From the NCBI RefSeq assembly GCF_009914755.1, contig NC_060927.1: DNA of 64,000 bases; one strand, 5' to 3'. Positions 1-9,100 of this stretch are shown here, piece after piece; position 1 is the first letter of the stretch, and each line of letters opens with the position of its first letter. This stretch comes from the human T2T-CHM13v2.0 reference genome, Homo sapiens. Both the position numbers and the translations under genes were made by a program. The notes under the pieces are model-generated. The model searched no databases, was not told where the DNA came from, and was given only the letters and a program-made list of their open reading frames with translations.

Positions 1-176
1 CGAAGATATTTCCTTTCCTACCATTCACTTCAAAGCGCTTGAAGTCTCCCCCTGAAAATTCCACAAAAAGTGTTTCCAATCTGCTCCGCCTAAAGGAAGC
101 TTCAACTCTGTGAGTTGAATACCCACAACCCAAAGAAGTTACTGAGAATTCTTCTGTCTAGCATTATATGAAGAAA

Positions 177-193
177 TCCCGTTTCCAACGAAG
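177..193 (-). promoter_or_regulatory. CENP-B box, canonical (m2); recurs in each HOR copy
   Basis: TCCCGTTTCCAACGAAG is the reverse complement of CTTCGTTGGAAACGGGA. Confidence 0.95.
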
Positions 194-515
194 GCCTCAA
201 ATACATCCAAATATCCAGTTGCTGACTTTACAAACTGAGTGTTTCCAAACTGCTCTATGAAAAGAAAGGTTAAACACTGTGAGTTGAACACACACGTACC
301 AAAGTAGTTTCTGAGAATGATTCTGTCTAGTTTGCATACGAAGATATTTCCTTTTCTACCATTGGCCTCAAAGCTCTGAAATCTCCACTTGCAAATTCCA
401 CAAAAAGAGAGTTTCAAATCTGCTGTTTCTAAAGGAAAGTTCAACTCTGAGAGTTGAATACACACCAGAAAAAGCAGTTACTGAGAAGTCTTCTGTCTAG
501 CATTATATGAAGAAA

Positions 516-532
516 TCCCATTTCCAACGAAG
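516..532 (-). promoter_or_regulatory. Degenerate CENP-B box (m4), core CGGG changed to TGGG, predicted non-binding
   Basis: TCCCATTTCCAACGAAG; the G>A at 520 removes an essential CpG of the TTCG....A..CGGG core. Confidence 0.85.
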
Positions 533-856
533 ACTTCAAAGAGGTCCAAATATCCACTTGCAGATTCTGCAAAAAGAGTGTTTCGAAACAACTGTATGAA
601 AAGAAAGGTTAAACACTGTGAGTTGAACGCACACATTGCAAAGCAGTTTCTGAGAATGATTCCGTCTAATTATTATACGAAGGTATTTCCTTTTCTATCA
701 TTGGCCTCAAAGCGCTTGATACCTCCACCTGAAAATTCCACAAAAAGAGTGTTTCCAATCTACTCTGTCTAAAGGAACGTTCAACTCTGTGAGTTGAATA
801 CACACACACAGAAAGAATTCACTGAGAATTCTTCTGTCTGGCATTACATGAAGAAA

Positions 857-873
857 TCCCGTTTCCAACGAAG
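857..873 (-). promoter_or_regulatory. CENP-B box, canonical (m6)
   Basis: TCCCGTTTCCAACGAAG. Confidence 0.95.
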
Positions 874-1019
874 GCCTCAAAGAGGTCCAAATATCCACTT
901 GCAGATTCTGCAAAAAGAGTGTTTCAAAACCGCTCCATTAAAAGGAATGTTGAACTCTGTGAGTTGAATGCAAACATCACAACTCAGTTTCTGAGAATGC
1001 TTCTGACTAGATTTTATGG

Positions 1020-1365
1020 TAAGATATTTCCTTTTCTACCGTAGGCTTCAATGCCCTCTAAATACACCCTTGCAAATTCTACAAAGAGACTGTTTCATAA
1101 CTGCTCTATAGGAAGAAAGGTTGAACTCTGTGAGTTGAATGCAGAGATCACAACGTGGTTTCTGCGAATGATTCTTTGTAGTTTTTACATGAAGATATTT
1201 CGTTGTCAACCGTAGGCTTCAAAGCACTCAAAGTATTCACTTGGAACTTTTACAAAAAGAGTGTTAGAAAACTGCTCTTTCCAAAGTAAGGTTCTACTCT
1301 GTGAGTTGAATGCACACATAACAATCAAGAAGTTTCTGAGAATTCTTCTGTCCTGGTTTATATGA
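1020..1365 (-). repeat. Two adjacent diverged A-type (no CENP-B box) monomers m7-m8 that break the dimeric phase
   Basis: The box region reads GATATTTCCTTTTCTACCGTAGG and GATATTTCGTTGTC(A/T)ACCGTAGG. CENP-B spacing here is 514 bp (857 to 1371) versus 338-341 bp elsewhere. Confidence 0.88.
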
Positions 1366-1370
1366 AAAAA

Positions 1371-1387
1371 TCCCGTTTCCAATGAAG
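1371..1387 (-). promoter_or_regulatory. CENP-B box position (m9), mutated in copy 1 and intact in the other copies (e.g. 4260-4276)
   Basis: TCCCGTTTCCAATGAAG here versus TCCCGTTTCCAACGAAG elsewhere. Confidence 0.85.
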
Positions 1388-1708
1388 GCCTCAAAGACGT
1401 TTAAATATCCACTTGCAGACTTCACAAACAGAGTGTTTCCAAACTGCTCTATGAAAAGAAAGGTTAAACTCTGTGAGTTGAACGCACACATCACAAAGTA
1501 GTTTCTGAGAATGATACTGTCTAGTTTTTATACGAAGATATTTCCTTTCTACCATTGGCGTCAAAGCGCTAGAATTCTCCACTTGCAAATTCCACAAAAA
1601 GAGTGTTTCCAATCTGCTCTGTCTAAAGGATACTTCAACTCTGTGAGTTGAATACACACACACAAAGAAGCTACTGAGAATTCTTTTGTCAAGTATTATA
1701 AGACGAAA

Positions 1709-1725
1709 TCCCGTTTCCAACGAAG
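1709..1725 (-). promoter_or_regulatory. CENP-B box, canonical (m11)
   Basis: TCCCGTTTCCAACGAAG. Confidence 0.95.
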
Positions 1726-2047
1726 GCCTCAAAGAGTTCCAAATATCCACTTGCACACTGTACAAACTAAGTCTTTCCAAACTGCTTTATGCAAAGAAAT
1801 GTTCAACTCTGTGAGTTTAATGCACACATCACAAAGCAGTTTCTGAGAATGATTCCGTCTAGTTTTTATACGAAGATAGCCTTTTCTACCATTGGCCTCA
1901 AGGCTTTTGAAATCTCCACCTGAAAATTCCACAAAAAGCGTGTTTCCAATCCGCTCTGTCTAAAGGAAGGTTCAACACACTGAGTTGAATACATACATCC
2001 CAAAAGAAGTTACTGAGAATTCTTCTGTCTAGCATTATGTGAAGAAA

Positions 2048-2064
2048 TCCCGTTTCCAACGAAA
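2048..2064 (-). promoter_or_regulatory. CENP-B box, core intact (m13)
   Basis: TCCCGTTTCCAACGAAA; the 9-nt core CCCG..T....CGAA is preserved. Confidence 0.9.
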
Positions 2065-2388
2065 GCCTCAAAGAGGTCCAAATATCCAGTTGCAGAATTT
2101 ACAAACTGACTGTTTCCAAACTCATCTATGAAAAGAAAGGTTAAACTTTGTGAGTTGAATGCACATATCACAAAGTAGTTCCTGAGAATGATTCTGTCTA
2201 GTTTTTATACGAAGATATTTCCTTTTCCACCAATGGCCTCAAAGTGCTTGAAATCTCCCCTTGCAACTTCCACAGACAAGTGTTTCAAATCTGCACTGTC
2301 TAAAGGAAGGTTCAACCCTGTGAGTTGAATACACACACACAGAAAAAAATTCACTGAGAATTCTATTATCTATCATTACACGAAGAAA

Positions 2389-2405
2389 TCCCGTTTACTA
2401 CGAAG
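2389..2405 (-). promoter_or_regulatory. CENP-B box variant, core intact (m15)
   Basis: TCCCGTTTACTACGAAG; both changes fall at non-core positions. Confidence 0.85.
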
Positions 2406-2727
2406 GCCTCAAAGAGGCCCAAATATCCAGCTGCAGACATTACAAACTGAGTGTTTCCAAAGTGCTCTATGAAAAGAAGTGTTAAACACTGTGAGTTCAA
2501 TGCACACATCCCAAAGCAGTTTCTGAGAATGATTCCGTCTATTTTTTCTACGAAGATATTTCCTTTTCTGCCGTTGGCCTCAAAGCGCTTGAAATCTCCA
2601 CTTGCAAATTCCACAAAAAGAGAGTTTCAAATCTGCTCTGTCTAAAGGAAGGTTCAACTCTGTGAGTTGAATACACACCACAAAAAGAAGTTACTGAGAA
2701 TTCTTCTGTCTAGCATTATATGAAAAA

Positions 2728-2744
2728 TCCCGTTTCCAACGAAG
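2728..2744 (-). promoter_or_regulatory. CENP-B box, canonical (m17)
   Basis: TCCCGTTTCCAACGAAG. Confidence 0.95.
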
Positions 2745-2889
2745 GCCACAAAGAGGTCCAAATATCCACTTGCAGATTCTGCAAAAAGAGTGTTTCCAAA
2801 CTGCTCTATGAAAAGAAACGTTAAACTCTGTGAGTTGAACGCAAACATCACGAAGTAGTTTCTGAGAATGACTCCGTCTAGTTTTTATA

Positions 2890-5800
2890 CGAAGATATTT
2901 CCTTTTCTACCATTCACTTCAAAGCGCTTGAAGTCTCCCCCTGAAAATTCCACAAAAAGTGTTTCCAATCTGCTCCGCCTAAAGGAAGCTTCAACTCTGT
3001 GAGTTGAATACCCACAACCCAAAGAAGTTACTGAGAATTCTTCTGTCTAGCATTATATGAAGAAATCCCGTTTCCAACGAAGGCCTCAAATACATCCAAA
3101 TATCCAGTTGCTGACTTTACAAACTGAGTGTTTCCAAACTGCTCTATGAAAAGAAAGGTTAAACACTGTGAGTTGAACACACACGTACCAAAGTAGTTTC
3201 TGAGAATGATTCTGTCTAGTTTGCATACGAAGATATTTCCTTTTCTACCATTGGCCTCAAAGCTTTGAAATCTCCACTTGCAAATTCCACAAAAAGAGAG
3301 TTTCAAATCTGCTGTTTCTAAAGGAAAGTTCAACTCTGAGAGTTGAATACACACCAGAAAAAGCAGTTACTGAGAAGTCTTCTGTCTAGCATTATATGAA
3401 GAAATCCCATTTCCAACGAAGACTTCAAAGAGGTCCAAATATCCACTTGCAGATTCTGCAAAAAGAGTGTTTCGAAACAACTGTATGAAAAGAAAGGTTA
3501 AACACTGTGAGTTGAACGCACACATTGCAAAGCAGTTTCTGAGAATGATTCCGTCTAATTATTATACGAAGGTATTTCCTTTTCTATCATTGGCCTCAAA
3601 GCGCTTGATACCTCCACCTGAAAATTCCACAAAAAGAGTGTTTCCAATCTACTCTGTCTAAAGGAACGTTCAACTCTGTGAGTTGAATACACACACACAG
3701 AAAGAATTCACTGAGAATTCTTCTGTCTGGCATTACATGAAGAAATCCCGTTTCCAACGAAGGCCTCAAAGAGGTCCAAATATCCACTTGCAGATTCTGC
3801 AAAAAGAGTGTTTCAAAACCGCTCTATTAAAAGGAATGTGGAACTCTGTGAGTTGAATGCAAACATCACAACTCAGTTTATGAGAATGCTTCTGACTAGA
3901 TTTTATGGTAAGATATTTCCTTTTCTACCGTAGGCTTCAATGCCCTCTAAATACACCCTTGCAAATTCTACAAAGAGACTGTTTCATAACTGCTCTATAG
4001 GAAGAAAGGTTGAACTCTGTGAGTTGAATGCAGAGATCACAACGTGGTTTCTGCGAATGATTCTTTGTAGTTTTTACATGAAGATATTTCGTTGTCTACC
4101 GTAGGCTTCAAATCACTCAAAGTATTCACTTGGAACTTTTACAAAAAGAGTGTTAGAAAACTGCTCTTTCCAAAGTAAGGTTCAACTCTGTGAGTTGAAT
4201 GCACACATAACAAACAAGAGGTTTCTGAGAATTCTTCTGTCCTGGTTTATATGAAAAAATCCCGTTTCCAACGAAGGCCTCAAAGACGTTTAAATATCCA
4301 CTTGCAGACTTCACAAACAGAGTGTTTCCAAACTGCTCTATGAAAAGAAAGGTTAAACTCTGTGAGTTGAACGCACACATCACAAAGTAGTTTCTGAGAA
4401 TGATACTGTCCAGTTTTTATACGAAGAGATTTCCTTTCCTACCATTGGCGTCAAAGCGCTAGAATTCTCCACTTGCAAATTCCACAAAAAGAGTGTTTCC
4501 AATCTGCTCTGTCTAAAGGAAGGTTCAACTCTGTGTGTTGAATACACACACACAAAGAAGCTACTGAGAATCCTTTAGTCAAGAATTATAAGAAGAAATC
4601 CCGTTTCCAACGAAGGCCTCAAAAAGTTCCAAATATCCACTTGCACACTGTACAAACTAAGGCTTTCCAAACTGCTCTATGCAAAGAAATGTTCAACCCT
4701 GTGAGTTTAATGCACACATCACAAAGCAGTTTCTGAGAATGATTCCCTCTAGTTTTTATACGAAGATAGCCTTTTCTACCATTGGCCTCAAGGCTCTTGG
4801 AATCTCCACCTGAAAATTCCGCAAAAAGCGTGTTTCCAATCCGCTCTGTCTAAAGGAAGGTTCAACTCTCTGAGTTGAATACATACATCCCAAAAGAAGT
4901 TACTGAGAATTCTTCTGTCTAGCATAATGTGAAGAAATCCCGTTTCCAACGAAAGCCTCAAAGAGGTCCTAATATCCAGTTGCAGAATTTACAAACTGAC
5001 TGTTTCCAAACTCATCTATGAAAAGAAAGGTTAAACCCTGTGAGTTCAACGCACATATCACAAAGAAGTTCCTGACAATGATTCTGTCTAGTTTTTATAC
5101 GAAGATATTTCCTTTTCCACCAATGGCCTCAAAGTGCTTGAAATCTCCCCTTGCAAATTCCACAGAAAAGTGTTTCAAATCTGCACTGTCTGAAGGAAGG
5201 TTCAACCCTGTGAGTTGAATACACACACACAGAAAAAAATTCACTGAGAATTCTATTGTCTATCATTACACAAAGAAATCCCGTTTACTACGAAGGCCTC
5301 AAAGAGGTCCAAATATCCAGCTGCAGACATTACAAACTGAGTGTTTCCAAAGTGCTCTATGAAAAGAAGTGTTAAACACTGTGAGTTCAATGCACACATC
5401 CCAAAACAGTTTCTCAGAATGATTCCGTCTATTTTTTCTACGAAGATATTTCCTTTTCTACCGTTGGCCTCAAAGCGCTTGAAATCTCCACTTGCAAATT
5501 CCACGAAAAGAGAGTTTCAAATCTGCTCTGTCTAAAGGAAGGTTCAACTCTGTGAGTTGAATGCACACCACAAAAAGAAGTTACTGAGAATTCTTCTGTC
5601 TAGCATTATATGAAAAATCCCGTTTCCAACGAAGGCCACAAAGAGGTCCAAATATCCACTTGCAGATTCTGCAAAAAGAGTGTTTCCAAACTGCTCTATG
5701 AAAAGAAACGTTAAACTCTGTGAGTTGAACGCAAACATCACAAAGTAGTTTCTGAGAATGACTCCGTCTAGTTTTTATACGAAGATATTTCCTTTTCTAC

Positions 5801-6118
5801 CGTTGGCCTCAAAGCGCTTGAAGTCTCCACTTGCAAATTCCACGAAAAGAGAGTTTCAAATCTGCTCTGTCTAAAGGAAGGTTCAACTCTGTGAGTTGAA
5901 TACACACCACAAAAAGAAGTTACTGAGAATTCTTCTGTCTAGAATTATATGAAAAATCCCGTTTCCAACGAAGGCCACAAAGAGGTCCAAATATCCACTT
6001 ACAGATTCTGCAAAAAGAGTGTTTCCAAACTGCTCTATGAAAAGAAACGTTAAACTCTGTGAGTTGAACGCAAACATCACAAAGTAGTTTCTGAGAATGA
6101 CTCCGTCTAGTTTTTATA
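2890..6118 (-). repeat. HOR copy 2: 19-mer structural variant (3229 bp) with an extra 339-bp dimer
   Basis: The m16-m17 segment is present twice (5490-5828 and 5829-6167). The ORF MMFAFNSQS occurs at both 5544 and 5883. The next HOR starts at 6119 instead of ~5780. Confidence 0.95.
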
Positions 6119-9100
6119 CGAAGATATTTCCTTTTCTACCGTTGGCCTCAAAGCGCTTGAAGTCTCCCCCTGAAAATTCCACAAAAAGTGTTTCCAATCT
6201 GCTCCACCTAAAGGAAGCTTCAGCTCTGTGAGTTGAATACCCACAACCCAAAAAGTTACTGAGAATTATTCTGTCTAGCATTACATGAAGAAATCCCGTT
6301 TCCAACGAAGGCCTCAAATACATCCAGATATCCAGTTGCTGACTTTACAAACTGAGTGTTTCCAAACTGCTCTATGAAAGGAAAGGTTAAACACTGTGAG
6401 TTGAACACACACGTACCAAAGTAGTTTCTGAGAATGATTCTGTCTAGTTTGCATAAGAAAATATTTCCTTTTCTACCATTGGCCTCAAAGCTTTGAAATC
6501 TCCACTTGCAAATTCCACAAAAAGAGAGTTTCAAATCTGCTGTTTCTAAAGGAAAGTTCAACTCTGAGAGTTGAATACACACCAGAAAAAGCAGTTACTG
6601 AGAAGTCTTCTGTCTAGCATTATATGAAGAAATCCCATTTCCAACGAAGACTTCAAAGAGGTCCAAATATCCACTTGCAGATTCTGCAAAAAGAGTGTTT
6701 CGAAACAACTGTATGAAAAGAAAGGTTAAACGCTGTGAGTTGAAGGCACACATTGCAAAGCAGTTTCTGAGAATGATTCCGTCTAATTATTATACGAAGG
6801 TATTTCCTTTTCTATCATGGGCCGCAAAGCGCTTGATACCTCCACCTGAAAATTCCACAAAAAGAGTGTTTCCAATCTACTCTGTCTAAAGGAACGTTCA
6901 ACTCTGTGAGTTGAATACACACACACAGAAAGAATTCACTGAGAGTTCTTCTGTCTGGCATTACATGAAGAAATCCCGTTTCCAACGAAGGCCTCAAAGA
7001 GGTCCAAATATCCACTTGCAGATTCTGCAAAAAGAGTGTTTCAAAACCGCTCCATGAAAAGGAATGTTGAACTCTGTGAGTTGAATGCAAACATCACAAC
7101 TCAGTTTCTGAGAATGCTTCTGACTAGATTTTATGGTCAGATATTTCCTTTTCTACCGTAGGCTTCAATACCCTCTAAATACACCCTTGCAAATTCTACA
7201 AAGAGACTGTTTAATAACTGCTCTATAGGAAGAAAGGTTGAACTCTGTGAGTTGAATGCAGAGATCACAACGTGGTTTCGGCGAATGATTCTTCGTAGTT
7301 TTTACATGAAGATATTTCGTTCTCTACCGTAGGCTTCAAAGCACTCAAAGTATTCACTTGGAACTTTTACAAAAAGAGTGTTAGAAAACTGCTCTTTCCA
7401 AAGTAAGGTTCAACTCTGTGAGTTGAATGCACACATAACAAACAGGAAGTTTCTGAGAATTCTTCTGTCCTGGTTTATATGAAAAAATCCCGTTTCCAAC
7501 GAAGGCCTCAAAGACGTTTAAATATCCACTTGCAGACTTCACAAATAGAGTGTTTCCAAACTGGTCTATGAAAAGAAAGGTTAAACTCTGTGAGTTGAAC
7601 GCACACATCACAAAGTAGTTTCTGAGAATGATACTGTCCAGTTTTTATACGAAGAGATTTCCTTTCCTACCATTGGCGTCAAAGCGCTAGAATTCTCCAC
7701 TTGCAAATTCCACAAAAAGAGAGTTTCCAATCTGCTCTGCCTAAAGGCAGGTTCAACTCTGTTAGTTGAATACACACACACAAGGAAGCTACTGAGAATT
7801 CTTTTGTCAAGAATTATAAGAAGAAATCCCGTTTCCAACGAAGGCCTCAAAGAGTTCCATATATCCACTTGCACACTGTACAAACTAAGTCTTTCCAAAC
7901 TGCTCTATGAAAAGAAATGTTCAACCCTGTGAGTTTAATGCACACATCACAAAGCAGTTTCTGAGAATGATTCCCTCTAGTTTTTATACGAAGATAGCCT
8001 TTTCTACCATTGGCCTCAAGGCTCTTGGAATCTCCACCTGAAAATTCCGCAAAAAGCGTGTTTCCAATCCGCTCTGTCTAAAGGAAGGTTCAACTCTCTG
8101 AGTTGAATACATACATCCCAAAAGAAGTTACTGAGAATTCTTCTGTCTAGGATTATGTGAAGAAATCCCATTTCCAACGAAAGCCTCAAAGAGGTCCTAA
8201 TATCCAGTTGCAGAATTTACAAACTGACTGTTTCCAAACTCATCTATGAAAAGAAAGGTTAAACCCTGTGAGTTGAATGCACATATCACAAAGTAGTTCC
8301 TGAGAATGATTCTGTCTAGTTTTTATACGAAGATATTTCCTTTTCCACCAATGGCCTCAAAGTGCTTGAAATCTCCCCTTGCAAATTCCACAGAAAAGTG
8401 TTTCAAATCTGCACTGTCTGAAGGATGGTTCAACCCTGTGAGTTGAATACACACACACAGAAAAAAATTCACTGAGAATTCTATTGTCTATCATTACACG
8501 AAGAAATCCCGTTTACTACGAAGGCCTCAAAGAGGTCCAAATATCCAGCTGCAGATATTACAAACTGAGTGTTTCCAAAGTGCTCTATGAAAAGAAGTGT
8601 TAAACACTGTGAGTTCAATGCACACATCCCAAAGCAGTTTCTGAGAATGATTCCGTCTATTTTTTCTACGAAGATATTTCCTTTTCTACCGTTGGCCTCA
8701 AAGCGCTTGAAATCTCCACTTGCAAATTCCACGAAAAGAGAGTTTCAAATCTGCTCTGTCTAAAGGAAGGTTCAACTCTGTGAGTTGAATACACACCACA
8801 AAAAGAAGTTACTGAGAATTCTTCTGTCTAGAATTATATGAAAAATCCCGTTTCCAACGAAGGCCACAAAGAGGTCCAAATATCCACTTACAGATTCTGC
8901 AAAAAGAGTGTTTCCAAACTGCTCTATGAAAAGAAACGTTAAACTCTGTGAGTTGAACGCAAACATCACAAAGTAGTTTCTGAGAATGACTCCGTCTAGT
9001 TTTTATACGAAGATATTTCCTTTTCTACCGTTGGCCTCAAAGCGCTTGAAGTCTCCCCCTGAAAATTCCACAAAAAGTGTTTCCAATCTGCTCCACCTAA

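Larger units (their letters stand above)
1..2889 (-). repeat. HOR copy 1 (17-mer, 2889 bp), used as reference unit; monomers m1-m17 numbered from position 1 on the + strand
   Basis: CGAAGATATTTCC...CATTCACTTCAAAGCGCTTGAAGTCTCCCCCTGAAAATT at 1 recurs at 2890. Confidence 0.95.

Noticed and set aside
820-830. Short palindromes such as GAGAATTCTT, AGGCCT and AAGCGCTT as hairpins or terminators
   Set aside because: They are ordinary 6-8 bp dyads intrinsic to alphoid monomers, with no long inverted repeat or gene context.
1198-1216. TTTCGTTGTC(A/T)ACCGTAG in m8 as a possible opposite-strand CENP-B box
   Set aside because: It matches only TTCGTTG and lacks the required A and CGGG of the core, so it is a diverged A-type box region.
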